Of a stretch of DNA of 64,000 bases, positions 49,353 through 63,419 are shown piece by piece. Below the pieces are notes generated by a model. The model saw only the letters and a program-made list of their open reading frames with translations. It was not told where the DNA came from and ran no database searches. Every line of letters starts with the position of its first letter. Within the stretch, counting starts at the first letter, position 1. Source of the DNA: Takakia lepidozioides (taxonomy: Eukaryota > Plantae > Bryophyta); NCBI GenBank assembly GCA_030704615.1, contig CM060732.1, forward strand, positions 1,116,001 to 1,180,000. The letters run 5' to 3'. The position numbers were made by a program, and so were the translations under genes.

Positions 49353-51301
49353 CCTTGCCACCCCTTCACTCACCCACACCCAGTTCCCCAACCCCCTTTA
49401 TTGGCAGACCTGTCTGTCGCTACTGAAACTAGTTTCTCAGCAACACAACTCGAGATGTGAATGCGGGGAAGACATAGACGCATCCTATCCAGCAAAACTC
49501 GGAGAGTGTCCAATGCATCATGGCCAGGCCGACCATGACTGCACAGTGAGCGCTCATTTCGCAGTCAGCAATGACGTGGGCAGCTTGTGGGCACTCGTGC
49601 TGCCTCGTAACGCACCGGTCAGATTTTTCCTTTGTTGGCCTGCCTTTGTAAGGCAGGACTACGCAAAGGGTTCAGCTGCTTTACGCTGCTTTATAGCATC
49701 TCCACGGTGCCACGGTACTTGCCCCAAAACGGCAATGTACGGGCGCTGGGTCCCAAAAAGTGCTCCACGGTTGGCTCAGCCGGGCAGATTTGCTGCCGGC
49801 CCCGCCTTAATCCTACCTCTTGCCCCGCACTTTTTTCCAATTATATCGGACCCCGCCAACCACGCTACATTAAACTTGTGAGTTATTTGGGAGTTAATGC
49901 GATATGATGTCCTCGATCAACGTGCCCAGATCGTGGTGGAGCGGCGGGCCTGCCCCTGGGGCTATCTCGTACCGTCCCAGCTATCTCGTACCGTCCCAAC
50001 CGTGGAGTTTCAACCAACCCGTCCCTGCAAAAATTACCGTCGCCCCTACAACCAGGGCATATAGCGCTTGACGTGTCGTGCTCACCATGAATATGCTCTT
50101 AGCACCGATACTTTCGATTGCGCTTCCAATTCGATAGAGACTGTTGCCACCAGAATATCCTGTCCATAATTCTAATGAATGACATCCCCTGGATGAACAG
50201 TTTCATGGTCATAACCAATTTTGTTTCGCCTTTAGGTCTGGAGTTCAACTTCTTGTGCACGCCATAATGAGGATATTACCCTGCGTGCCACCCAGGTGAT
50301 TCAGGGCTCAAATCCTGTTACCGCAAAATATATTAATAAATATTGTGTGATCTTCTAGATTTTTACTATCTATTCATAATTACTAGAGGACAGGGCTTTA
50401 AAAGGAGGCTTGACTTCGTCGACAGGAGAGAGGGCTTCATTGGGCAATTGAAGGCTTCATGCTCGCTCTCTGTACTATAAAGGTTGTAATCTTGTGGAGG
50501 GTGGGCAAAGGGTGCTCAAGCATGAATTGCATGCATTTGTTATTTGATGCCCCTCCCGATGCAGAAAAGAGGCTCCAGCATCGGACGCATCTTACAAATC
50601 ACGTTAAAAGCAGGTGTGGCGTATTCTGCCACTTTTTGAGACTAATCCTCAGGCCGAATCGGCCACCCAGGGTGTACTGCCGATGCAGAATCTGCAGGGA
50701 TGGCCGATTATGCACCCCGGATGGCAGCAGGAGGTAAATGCGACCTCCCATCGACCCACCCGCCTTCTCTTTCAAGCTCGCCCCCGTTTATATCCTCCGC
50801 GGGGCTCTGAATCTGGGCAATCGATATGGGATAATTGAACCCTGATTAGATTTCGCCACGTAGTCGTGAGAATACATCACACCCAGGGCAGAATCGGCCC
50901 AACACGGCCCGTTCTCTAATACGTAAGATCCTCCCAGCTTGGTCGGACGCATCTTACGCTTTGTAAGATGCGTCCTGCCAGGAAAAAATTGAATGGTGCT
51001 TCATGAAAGGGAAGCCCCCAACCCGCAGGCATTCCGTGATTTTCGGGCTAACGCCCTCGACAGCCAACCCTCTAATTGCGGAACGCCCTCGAGCTGGGGC
51101 CTTCCCTATCACTATCACGTATTGCATTCCTTGGCTAACGCCCTCGGGCTGGGGCCTTCCCTTGCATTCCTTGGCAAAGTTAAGGGCACTCTCATTCACA
51201 TCCATGACTTCGTGCTCCTGCAACACTGCCTATTTACACGCTTCCACTCTTTCTTACACATGGCTTCACCTTGCAATTGTCATTTTGCGTAGAGCTGGAG
51301 G

Positions 51302-52037
51302 CCCTCTCATTTTAGATTAATTGGGTCTTTAATGTGCTGGTGGGCCCCTCTAGTACTGGGCCGCAGGGTCACTTGCAAGGGCGGGGGTGGTTGGGGTGGC
51401 CCTGTCGCAACCGTGGCCCCCTTGCGACCCCTGACCGGCCCGGGTCCAATGAGGTAGGGTCCACTGGGTCCCACTGCGAAAGTAGGTCAGCCTCCTAGGC
51501 CATGGTGGGGCTCACGCCACGCTGTTATCTAGAATAAGGGATAAAAAATTGTTGGTATAATAACAAATAGTAGGTAGTGTGGTGGTTGGGCACATTGAAT
51601 GGTATTAGCAAGGTTGTGGGTTCAACTCCATGTCGCATGTGTGTTAGTCATGGTTTCTTTTATGGGTGAGTTTTTCCCAAAAAAATTCTTAGTCCCCGAG
51701 CGCGACGCGGCCGGCGAGGCAGGCTGCGGGGTGGTGAGTGGACCCTACAATTGGACCCGGACAGTGGACAGGTTACGGGGCAGTGAGGGGACCCTACAAT
51801 TGGACCCGGACGGTGGACTAGATGGACCCGCCCGGTGGTCGCACGGTGCCTACACGACTTGCACGTGACCTGCGGCCCAGTACTAGCGAGGCCTGGTGCA
51901 CATTAAAGACCCAATTATAGAATGAGAGGCGCCCGGTGGTCGCAGGGCACCTACACAACTTAGATGTGACCCCGCGGCCCAGTACTAGCGGGGCCCACCA
52001 ACACATTAAAGACCCAATTAATCTAAAATGAGAGGCG
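51302..52037. mobile_element. Foldback MITE with ~70-bp TIRs and 8-bp TSD
   Basis: CCTCTCATTTTAGATTAATTGGGTCTTTAATG at the left end is inverted at the right end; TSD GCTGGAGG (51294-51301, 52038-52045); extra internal TIR copy at ~51865-51930. Confidence 0.85.
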
Positions 52038-54689
52038 GCTGGAGGTGTGTATGGTACTATAGGCTGGCACTGATGTGCAGATTTGGCAAGTAATAGAAAA
52101 GGCCTGGGAGTTGAGTGCGCCCTCAGCGGGTGTGCTTGAGTGGCCCGCCCCTCCCCCGCCGCCTCACCCCCGTGGCGGCTCTTGCGTTGGCCGCGGTCGC
52201 CGCGACGCGTCCCTCCCCATTCGTCCGCACGCCTGCCCGCCCGCCTCCACTCTCGATTAAAAGCCGTTATACATGACTCATGTAACACCGTCATCATCCC
52301 ACATAAATACATCACTCATGTAACACAACCATCATCCCACCATCCCTGAAATACATGATACTTGTCATCGGATCATCCCATCGTGACCATGGACATGACC
52401 GTATCTGATGGCAACGTTCACCGATTCTAGCTTGTGAGGTCCGCACTCACACGCCCCAGATGTAGCTTCGGAGGCAAGACGACGGACAACATGTCGAAAA
52501 CAAATAGAAATACCTACATTGAGACCCTAAACAAAATTTGGAATGGCTTCTCGCATCACCGCAAGTACTCCTCCCACTTTGTAACGCAACTCGATGAAAA
52601 TATGCAATGAAACAAGAGTTCAGGAAAGAGTGATGATGGTAACAACCTCCTAAAAAAATGCTTGGATATAGGGCATATGTTGCAAGACACTGCTTCGGAT
52701 GTTTCCAAAAGACGCGTTCAATGTGCACTCAACCTACGACATAGAGAGAGACAAACGATGATCTGCATTTACTTCATTGTAGGTGCCCAATGTTAGTGTG
52801 AGTCTTGCCTTAATATTCCAGCAACGTCTGTAGTATTGGAGGATTCTTCGGGGCAGGAGTTATAGTGTATTTCCACTGGGTTCGATATGGGGAAAAAATT
52901 CACCATGCACGAAACGCGTCGGACGTACCGTGAGGGTAGCATGTTGCACCTCCTAAGGAGAAGGTAGTCGTGCACAAGACATTGGATACATTTGCAATAC
53001 GCCTCATGACCATGCAACTCACTACCAGCAGTGCATGGATGTTGTTGCAACATCACAAGTACAGTACCACATTGATGGATTCTAAATTGAAGCTTGTTGT
53101 AGCTCAATCCGATGAGTTAGAGAGTCGTAGAACTATGTTTGTCGATGATAGTATGGTAAAATGGGATATGCATGTACATGATGAAAACGTGAGGTTAAAT
53201 GGGGCTGGCCCCCTCTATACCAAATTATCAAGGCGGGTAACTTCCCAGAGGTATTGTTCCCTAACATGTTTACATATTCAGAGGATGAAGCCCAAAAGTT
53301 GATGGACATTCTAGCGGTGAGTCAGAGAACCTCTCAATGTTCCAAGACTCGCCTGTTTGTACGGGTCTTGCATCTCATTTGGATGTGTCATGTTGACAAG
53401 ACCACTCCCCTTTCAACACCCAGAAACAGGCTGTTGCATGACTTCCAAGCCCAACTTCTACACACTGAGGATGGTCATGCAGCCATTAGAAATGCAGGGG
53501 AGAATTTCCTGGACATTGTACACTTTCTCTTTGGTGGCATGCCACAATAGAAAGATGCCAAATCTGATGTGCATGAAACTGTGGCTGCCCCCATAGATGG
53601 AGACAAAGACGATTATGAGCGTGTTCTTGACCTGTTCTTGAACACTTGAATGGGTTTATGCGTCAAGTCAGGGCCAGAGCTGTCTGCGATCTTGCCATTG
53701 TAAATCCGACAACTGTTCAAGTATTTTGGTGTGCATGTGGACAACGAAGTGTGGCCGGGGTCCCATTCAGTTAGCCCTGAATGACTGGAATGATACGTTG
53801 ACGCATCGTGAGGACCTGGACATGGGTTGGCTTCTTTGCCACCAAGTACGTCCTTACAGTGCTTGTTTAGTAGATGTGGTTTACTACAATGCTTGTTTAT
53901 TATATGTGGTTGACGTTATGTGTAACATTATTGCCACCTCGGACTTCCATGTATTTTATGCCATTGTTGCTTTTTAATGCCGATTTGTATTTATTTGCTG
54001 ATTTGTACTTCATTCCTCATATGTAATTAATTTGTAATGTGCAGGACGTCCGGACTACATCGATTCACAAGTGAATGATGCATTGAATTCTGCCCAACAC
54101 AGCCTGCATGTTGTCCACAGTGTTAGGCATGCAGCTGACGAGGCTCACACAGAGGTGGGGTATCCTCTAGCGAGGTGTATGTTATCCCCTTGCTGATGGT
54201 CTCATTGTACCTGCAGCGACCAACATTGGCTCTTCAAAAACCAGCCCTGCCGGTCAACTTGTTGAACAGCCTACCACCCCACATGTGACCATTATGGCAT
54301 TATCTTCCCCTCTTCGTCCTTACAAGATGTTATTTGCTAGTTCTGATCGATACACCTCACATCACAGACGCAACGACCCGATTTGATGGTGATGATGATG
54401 GCAGTGTGCGGGCAATCTATAAAAATCAGCGCACTGTCACCTTTGCAAATCTCATTGCCATCCATACCACTGCAGCTGGGAGCACTAACGATGCGAAGAA
54501 TTCAAAACGACTTGCATCTACCGATAAACCTGTTCTTTTACAGCCTCAACACAAAAAATCAAAGACCAGATACACTTTCACCTTCCTAAAAAATGTACAT
54601 GCTTGTTTGACCTCACAATTACACCTACACTACATGATGCCATGGAAAATGTATTGTGAGTTCAACGCCCGTGCACCCTTCTTTGCTCT

Positions 54690-55290
54690 ATCATATGGTA
54701 CATTCCCTTCGGTTAGTTGCGCTTTCAGGTTCCTATGATAAGCTTCAACGGTAGCATTATTATCTTGAGAGGCATGGGGAATGTTCCGTGAACCTGTGAT
54801 CCACATTTTTGCTTTTGGAAGCCACTCATTTTCCATGTAGTTGCAGAATTCAGTCTCAGAGGGATACTTCTCCCGCAATAAGATTATTTTGTATACTTCC
54901 CATGCTTCACCTGCATCCCTAGAGGTGTCTCGTCTGTCGTACATGATTTGTGCAAGATATTGTAATACAGCCACATGTACTACTGCATCTTTGACCTTTG
55001 TGACTACATTATTTTGCCAAGCTTGCCAAACATGCCATAAGCACAGGAAAATTGCACAGTCCCCCCTCACAGATCTGTTTCTTATCAGGTTGAAGTACTA
55101 TAATACATACTTACATGGAAGCGATGACCAAGCAATGCTGATATAAACTTGGAGGTACCTGATGGCTGCGATTTTTGCATCTGCGTCGTCGTCAATGAAG
55201 GCATTGGGGCGCCGGTCCACTTTGCTGCCTTTCATCCACTAGTTTAGTGCCTCCATCCAAGGTTGCAGATCCTTGGTTTTGCACCTGGCC
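54690..55290 (-). pseudogene. Fragment of a second, unrelated MULE transposase
   Basis: PNAFIDDDA (D2), FLCLWHVWQAW (CxxH), QDNNATVEAYH (E); intron ~55157-55072. Confidence 0.8.
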
Positions 55291-55360
55291 ATGAGAGAGA
55301 GAAGACTCCGGCGGAGGCCGGCGTAAGTAAGAACCACTTCGCCTTGCGGCTACTGCCCCC

Positions 55361-57310
55361 ACTATTTCTACTTCGTAACCACTTGGCCTACCCCACTTCC
55401 CAACACCACCACCCTGATTGGAACCTCATCACAGCTATCGTTAACCTTGCTATTTCCATAGATCACCTTATCCATCTTATAAAAGTTAGGTCACATACTG
55501 GTATTACCGGCAATGAGGAGGCTGACCTCCTCGCTCAACTAGGGGCCTCCAAACCTTCGGTCGAACCATCGGAGAATCCCATCCACACTGCACACTCACA
55601 TCCTTTTTGGCTGATCCATCCTCTTCCTGACCCCCCGGAACCCCGACCAATCCGAAACCTTCTCACTATCCTAACTTGAGAAGCCAACAAACAAACCACA
55701 ACTTCTATCACCTACACCAAACTATATATCCAGAAATGGACGCATTCTGCAGTACTCCATCATAAGCTATCAAACCATTTTTGGAACACTCAAGCCGCCT
55801 CTAACGCACAAATACGACAAACACTTAAATTCAGATACGCCCAGTACATGGGCCACCAGTGTAAGCACGCGTTTTGGCCTAGCATATACCCATCCCCGCA
55901 CTGTCCACTCTGCTCTCACATCCACGCGACAAGTGATACCTGGCCCCATCTTCTTAGCCAATGTCCCCACACCATCATCCACGATCTCCGTATTGCAAGG
56001 CGCAATCATGCCGTTTGGCATAATTCACAAACTCCTACTACGCCGACAAGAAACTAGATGGTTTTCACTCATCAATGTTGGCACTTATAACCAAGGTAGG
56101 CCTCTTGACCATACGGTACCACCATGGTTACTTCCGTGTATATGCCGACCCCACTCATCTTGCACATGCCCTGCCCGACTTTGCCCAGACATCTTGCTAG
56201 TCCAGGGTCTTCCCATAAATGCCCCCACACCCACTGACCCATCCCTAGCCCTCACCATACACTTCATAGAATTTACATACTGCCACGACTGCTTCCCAGT
56301 TCTTCCATCCTCGAAAAACGCCAGAAATACGCCCCACTCATCCTCGCTATCCGCCAACAGGGATGGACCATAGGCCCGCTTACTGTCATCACTGCTGGCA
56401 CTAGAGGTGGCATTCCTAATGTCAGCATCTCTGTACTTCACAATAACCTTAAAATCCATATCACTCCTATTCATAAATTCTTCAAAGCCATTCACCTGAC
56501 GACAATTCGTTCTCTCACAGCTATCATCGCCAACAAACAACAACTTGAATCCAACCTTCCCCCCGCCCCCTAGGTATCTTGGGCACCCATGGGTACCCGT
56601 CGGGTACCCACGGGGTACCCCTTGGGGTCCCCATGGATACCCTACAATTCCCTTGGCGCCATGAGTGCCATCTCCCCCTTTGGTCACTAGGTGTCCCTTG
56701 GACACCTATCCGTAAAAAATGTAGTATGGTGGGGGGAATGCAGTTAGATGGGAGAGAGCTTTGAAGATGGCCATAAGTTCTGCACGCAAGATGTTAGCGG
56801 GGCCTGGGAGTTGGTGGGTAGTTCCTCTACTGGTGGTGGCATGGTATATGCCATATCCGGCGCGAGAGCTGGAGCGGGATCCGTCTGTATAGTGTGAGTG
56901 AAGATGGGGGTATTTATGGGAAGTATGTTCATGATACAATGGGGGGGTGTCATAGGGAGTTACGTCGCGTGTGGAGGGGGGGCGGGGGAGTGCCCTAGCC
57001 CATGTTTTGTTTGGTTTTGGCCTACAAGCCTTGGGGGGGGGGAGGGGTTTGTGATAGGCCTCTCCTGGACCAAGTATGCTGAGTTGCGAAGCCTAAGGCT
57101 CCGAATATGCAGTTGTGGGGGTGAGGCTGTCGAAGGAGGAGAGTTCAAGGGGGCAGGTGAGTGGGCTAGAGTAATATGAGTGTGTAAGATGGAATGAGGT
57201 GATGAAGAATTTGAGGATGTCCGGGGAGGTGGTATTGTGGGCATAGGTTAGTGTTCATATATCGGGGGTGTGGGTTTTTTTCGGGGGGGGAGGGGGTCGC
57301 GTAAATACCG
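55361..57310. mobile_element. Second Dualen/RandI-like LINE copy, split by an inversion
   Basis: 3' part on plus (LFLLRNHL...GNEEADLLA...CPLC...CPDILLVQG...IEFTYC, 55361-56575); 5' part on minus (57310-56706; YTDGS...RAELMAI...TD). Confidence 0.85.
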
Positions 57311-57342
57311 GTCAACAAGCCAACAAACCTCTTTGGCAAAGT

Positions 57343-58005
57343 TGTCGTGCGCATACATATCGCTACACAACTACATCGCTGTCCAAAACCACACAACACA
57401 TGTGCACACCAAACACTAGTCTATAACTAGTCCACCACTAGTGCACCGCTAGTCCTGCCACTAGTGCAACCACTAGTCCACCACTAGGCTACCACTAGCC
57501 ACCACTAGTGTAGCCACTAGTCCATCACTAGGCTGCCACTAGCCCATCACAATGATAAGGAAAGGAATGATACAAGCATACAAGCTCTCTCAAACTCACA
57601 CACTTGCACATGAAAACATCACTCATATATTAAGTCGAGCCAAGTGCACCCCACGCCATGGGGAATCCACACTATGGCGCCATAGCTAGACGCGGTGAGG
57701 CTCAACTCGAGAAAGATGAGCCCACCGCGATCTGCCGTGAAGATAACAACGCCAGGAGCCCAAACATGTATTGGCCCCTGGATTGACACTTGGGTCAATC
57801 CCAAATGTCAATATATGAAAGCTAGCTATTTCCTAGCTAACTTCACACTAATTGACAGCTGTCGTGCGCATACATATCGCTACACAACTACATCGCTGTC
57901 CAAAACCACACAACACATGTGCATACCAAACACTAGTCTATAACTAGTCCACCACTAGTGCACCGCTAGTCCTGCCACTAGTGCAACCACTAGTCCACCA
58001 CTAGT
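57343..58005 (+). mobile_element. LTR-like family C unit (TGTC...GACA, 57343-57857) followed by a tandem partial copy
   Basis: TGTCGTGCGCATAC... restarts at 57860; CCACTAG-rich; also matches 30467-31500 (minus). Confidence 0.6.
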
Positions 58006-58228
58006 GTGAATCGTCCACTAAGAGGGTGTTGGATTCGTTAAATCCAGAAAATTCTGACCACACCCTCGACAGTCTCTTCTGTAAGTTCTGTACGGGAGGC
58101 CCTTTTGTGGGTTGTGGCTCTGTCGAGGGGTCACACTCCTCTTGTGACCACACAAAGAGGGGAGAACCCTTCATCCCCTGTATCACCACTTTCAAGATGT
58201 CTACAACATTCCCCTTGGAAGCACATGA

Positions 58229-58957
58229 TGTCGCGGCCCTTTGCCTTGAGGGCAGGGGGTCGGGACACATGAGGGGCTGCCCCTGTGGTGGGGGCAGCGG
58301 CAGCGATAGGTATGGGGGGGCTGAAGCACCCTTGAGTGCCCAAGGCACTCAGGGAAGCGGAGGCGCTCACTAGGTGGAGCCCCGCACACCGGGTTGCAGT
58401 GGGGGTGGCTCCACAAGGGGTGGTGGTAGCTTAGCGGGACTTAGTGGGGGTGGCATAGGACTCACCATGGGGGCGGAGACCTCGTGGTGGGAGTCGTGGG
58501 GAGTCTTGGGACTCGTCACGGTCCATAGGGGCCGTGGTGAGTGGGCCAAGACTTACCGCGACTCATCACCGGGAGTCGAGGGTTTTCGTGGTGGTTCGCC
58601 ATAAAATGGCATGGCTGGTTGTGAAACCCCCGCGGACAGCTACAGAAGTATATATAGGGGGAGTAGTAACCCGAGAACGGTGCAAGCCCGTTGGTGACCA
58701 AAAACTAGTGAGTAAGCGAGCGAGCCGGAAAGCAACCAAAGAGTGGGGAGCTGTTTCGGACTGCCAACTATCAAAGGGAATTCCCGCTGGTTCCAAATCG
58801 GTGGAGGGTTCTTTGGGAGAACAAAGGGGGATCGTTATGCCCCGGTGAGCAGCCGAAGCTCCAAGTTGGCCCGGCGGCCAGGTTGGGAGCCAGGCGCGCG
58901 CATCAAAGCGAGTAACTATGACTTGAGAGGGAGCTTACCGAAGTGAGGTGCGCGACA
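58229..58957 (+). mobile_element. 5' LTR, family B
   Basis: TGTCGCG...CGCGACA, followed by PBS and gag. Confidence 0.95.
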
Positions 58958-58959
58958 CT

Positions 58960-58971
58960 TGGTATCAGAGC
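58960..58971 (+). other. Primer binding site (initiator tRNA-Met)
   Basis: TGGTATCAGAGC 2 nt after the LTR. Confidence 0.95.
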
Positions 58972-59012
58972 TTAGAGTTCAGTACGCGATCGTCCTTGGG
59001 ATTGGCCTCATC

Positions 59013-59876
59013 ATGGGGTCGGGCAAGCCGAAGCGAAAGCGGAACGGCCCAAAAGATGATGATCCTGGTGAGCCCGATGGGGGCGACGTGTCACCGAGGC
59101 GGCCGTTTAAGGAAGCGATGCATGTTTCCGAAAACGAGGCTACTCAAGAACGGGAGGAATCTGAGGAGTCGGAGCCCGAGGAATCCTTGAGAGCTCCAAC
59201 AAACCAAGAGATGCCTCCCATGCCGGCAACCTTTTGGGAAGGGTTGTTGGCGCAGTTTGGCGGGACGTTGAAAGACGTGTTGAAGGCGGCTAATGCCACT
59301 TCCACTAAGGCAAAGTTTAAGGTGAAGCCTAAGGAACCCGGCACCTTCGAGGGCGTCCAAAATCGAAAGGCACTCAACACCTAGCTCCTGGAGCTAGAGC
59401 AGTACTTCCGGGCGGCCAAGTTGAGTGACGAGGATCGGGTGGAAGTGGCTCCCACCTATTTGAGGGGCTATGCTCAACAATGGTGGCAGAAACGCCTTCA
59501 CGACCGAGGTCCAAGCCCAGAAACCTTGAACTGGAGTGGGTTCAAGGAATTGATGAAGAGACAATTTGTGCCCCTCAACGCGTCCTGGCTTGCCCGTGAC
59601 AAGATGAGGAATTTGAAGCAAACAGATGACATTCGGGGGTATGTCCAGGCTTTCAATGTGTTGTTGCTCGAAGTCGCGGACATGGCAGAACCAGAAATGG
59701 TCTTCAACTTTGTGGCGGGACTGGCCCCATGGGCCAGGCGGAAGTTGGAGGAGAAGCCACCCAAGACTTTGAACGAGGCAATTGAGAGGGCTGAATGTTT
59801 CTCGGATGTCCCTAGGGGTGAAAGACAAGGCCGTACGGAGCTGAACCACAAGAAGACCCACTCAGTGAAACGATAG
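59013..59876 (+). pseudogene. Ty3/Gypsy gag of family B (stop at 59382-59384; truncated by a LINE)
   Basis: P.TFEG...TYLRGYAQQWW...W..FK..MK..F...LKQT...YV..F retrotransposon gag motifs. Confidence 0.85.
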
Positions 59877-61380
59877 TTAAGACTTTCTCCACTGATTTAT
59901 CCTAAATTTATTTGAATTAAAATGGGTCCTGTGACAATCTGCAACACATTTTGCCCAAGCTTTTTTTGATTCCGTTATAAGATCTTTGTATACCATTGCC
60001 AACAAAGTGGAGGTACTGATCGTCTCCTTACAGAAGGTCTTTTTACATCTAGCACGCCACAAATACCACAGAGTAGATGCACGGAGTGTCTCGAAGACCG
60101 GACATGGAAAGGATCGGGCCCTCGCTGTTTTGTTGTAATTAAGTAACAAGTCCAGTGGGCCAATGGCAGAAACGCTCCAGTGGCTGTAGAAGACCTTGAT
60201 CAAGGGCCAGATTCTGGCCAGAGCTGTACAGGTAAGAAGGCAGTGCTCGTGGATTTCAATGATCCCCGAGGAGGAGCATGCACACAGTAGAGCTTCATGG
60301 AATTGCAACCATTCACCTACTTTTAGGGCTCTGTTTGCCACCTGCCATAGAAACGCCGAGATCTTGGCGGGCCTAATTTTCAGCCAGATAGAAGACCAGA
60401 TTGCTGACCAGTTCTCATTTGAGAATCCAAAGTGACTCCATTTGCTATTCCACTTAGGGGAGAGGGCAAGCGGGTTGTTGAGCGCCATGTATGCTTTCTT
60501 GGGGGTATAGGTGAGAAGGGGTGATGGGGAGCGACCAAAGGCCCACTCCCATTCTTTGGGGTCCAATTGGAGGTCAGAAAGGGGTCTTCCCAAGATCCAC
60601 ACAAATGTGGATGCAACAATCCAGGACAAGACAGGGACGAGAAGAGGGATTGGGATTGAGAGACTATGATTAGTGCAAGTGTTTCGGGATTGATGTGGAA
60701 AGCGAACCCTGAGAAGTGCGTGTCCGTGACGTGAAGCACCATTAGGATGGTGAGCCTGCTATTTATGACACCTAATGTCCAAAAGTTCGGGGAGGGGGTT
60801 AGAGGTCCAGCCTGTAGAGCCACGATCCAGTTTTGAGGTATGGAATTTATGACCCTATGAAGTCTCCCATCTAGAGGTCTTGAGGGGGCTTGCCATCATG
60901 AGATTTCCCACCACCAAAAACCTCCACCAGCCTCCTTCTGGGCCCAAGAATCTGGGCGCCACTTACCAAGGAGGGCTGTGATCTGGGTTTCCAGGTCAAG
61001 CACCCCTAGTCCACCTAGTTTTTTCGGCTGGCAGATTTGTCTCCAGGAGACCTGTGGTCTGACCTTTTGCCCTGCCTTGCTAGCACCCCATATAAAATTC
61101 CGCAACAAAGCTTTGTATTCACGGATTTGCCTTTTGGATGGACGCCAGGATGCTGCGTAGAACCATAGACCAGCCGAGACAATCTGGTTGGCCACCAGTG
61201 CCCGACCTGTGATAGAGAGAAACTTAGAGCCCCAAAAAGTGAGGTTTTTTTTTTATTTTGGATAAAATGGGTGCAAAACGTTGTTCGTCAGTGATACCAA
61301 CCCCATAGGTATATCCTAGCAGCGTTGTCATCTGGCCAGGTTGTAGCCATGAGAGACCTAAGGCATGGCCCCAAGAGGGC
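59877..61380 (-). mobile_element. L1-clade LINE ORF2 3' fragment
   Basis: LLGYPMG, FIWG...VSWRQICQPKKLGGLGV, KISAFLWQVANRAL, C..C...E..EH....C (zf-RVT-like). Confidence 0.9.
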
Positions 61381-62309
61381 TGTTAGAGGGCTGCTTGGGA
61401 CTTAGTCGCTTTTACGGGATCTGTGGGGTACCCTTAATTTTTACACAGACTAAGACCAACAGGAGCCTTAGGGGTGACAGCAACAGGCTTTAGGGGGGGA
61501 GATACACAGCCCAACACAGTCCATCACAGCCCGACACAGCCGTCACAGCTCGTCACAGTCCAACACAGCCAGTCACAGCCAACACAGCCCGTCATAGCTT
61601 CGCACAGCCAACACGGCCCGTCCCAGTCCGACACAGCCGACACAGCCGCCATAGCCAGTCACAGCTTGACACAACCCAACACAACCAGTCACAGCCCGCC
61701 ACAGCCTGATACAACCAATCACAGCTCGGCACAGCTGGGGAACAATTATCATTGGTAGGGAACGACGGTGGGGAACGACATCTGAAAAAGGAACGTGTAC
61801 TACAGGGATGACGGTTAGTTAGGAAAGCGGTTAGAACAGCTTGTAGGTAGAAAAAGCGAAGAGCGGGGACGTCTAGGGGGCACTACTTCTGGGGGGACTT
61901 CTGGCATCACTGGGGGGAAGCGGAGAGCGCATCTCTGAGTAGGAAGAGGGAGAGCACGGAGTAGGAGGAAAACAATCTGTTGAAGCTTGACGAATGCAAG
62001 CGGTAGAGTTGTAATGTAGAGCAGATTAGAGGCTCCATGGCTTCAGCCTGATACTCGATAGATATTAATCTGATATATACTTCATACTCACACTGTGTAG
62101 AGAGATCTGAGTGAAGCTGTGGAATGAATGGATGAGTTGATGGAATCCAAAAGATTGCTGAAGCAATCTGATACTTAAATATCAACAGTAAGGTAACTAG
62201 CTAACATGAATACGGGAAGGAATACAAATAGGAAACACCCCCATGATACACTTGCTGTAGGTCATGACTGATTGTTCTGAGCGGGCTGAGTGCTTAGAGA
62301 TTTCCAACT
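61381..62309 (+). mobile_element. 5' LTR of a second Gypsy family A element
   Basis: Collinear with 21357-22292; inserted in the L1. Confidence 0.9.
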
Positions 62310-63419
62310 GGGAGACTGGGTCATGAACAACCAGATGTGACAGGCATCTGGTGGGATCATGGTGGTTGGAGAATTAAAGAATTTGATGTGAATCAAATTC
62401 CTTGTGAAACTGAGAAGGAAAGATTGTCCAAACGATTCTTTCAGAGGTTCTTGGAATTGCCAGACGGTTGTAAGGAAAACATTCTTAAGAGAGTGCATGA
62501 TGCTGACCCTGAGTGGGGTCTGGAGAAAGGAGTGATAAAGATTTATCAGGTGGCCTGTAGAGGAAGAGCACGTTGGTTACCAACACTGGTTATGTGATAG
62601 CATTGCTATCCATTAAGCGAGTAGAGTTTGAAGGCTGGGAGGAAAGAAAGGTGAATGTTTATACTCATATGCATGAAGAGCTTGTACTGGTAAAGAATTG
62701 GATTCCAAAGGATATTTTGTGGATCAAACTCACACCAAGAACAGCTTTCCAGACTTGTTTGCCATATGGTTATATGGTAACGGAGACTTCTAGTATAGCC
62801 AAGGGTGCATTAAAGCTTGAAAGAAACCCAGGCATATACGAGAGATATTACAGAAGAGAGTTTTGGTTATTGCCACATTAAAAGAAATGAAAGACATGGG
62901 ACATGAGTGATGAAAGAGAAGCTAGACTCCAGAGATATTCAGCAAAAAGAGAAAGCTATCTGAAAGCTAATTATCCATATCTTTGGGAGAGAAGAATAGA
63001 CATAGGGGAATCATCTGGACCTAAGTCACCATTAAGATCACAGAGTACATCACCCATATCGGAAGAACTAGAGTTGGATGCCACTCCTTCTTTTTCTTTG
63101 CAAGAAAGATTAAGGGAATTGGTACGGGAAGAAGATCAATCACGAGGTGGAAGAGCTGAGGTACATCCCTGGATAAAAGATTTGACAGAAATCTTTGATA
63201 AGAGTTGGCATGGAACACCAAAAGCAGGAACTCCAGTTTCTGAAGCGGAAGGTGAAGAAGGAGGAGAGGATGTGGCAGAGCCAACCGAGAGTTCAGACTC
63301 TCCAACACCATTGCAGTTGAGTTATATGAGTGAAGAAGAAACCCAAGGGCAGAACTTGGAGGATGAAAATAGAGAGAAGAAATTGGAAGAGGAAGAGTAT
63401 GAAGAAGTAGACCCAACAG

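Noticed and set aside
52400-54600. Possible further MULE coding remnants
   Set aside because: Only vague similarity; no diagnostic motif could be confirmed by eye.
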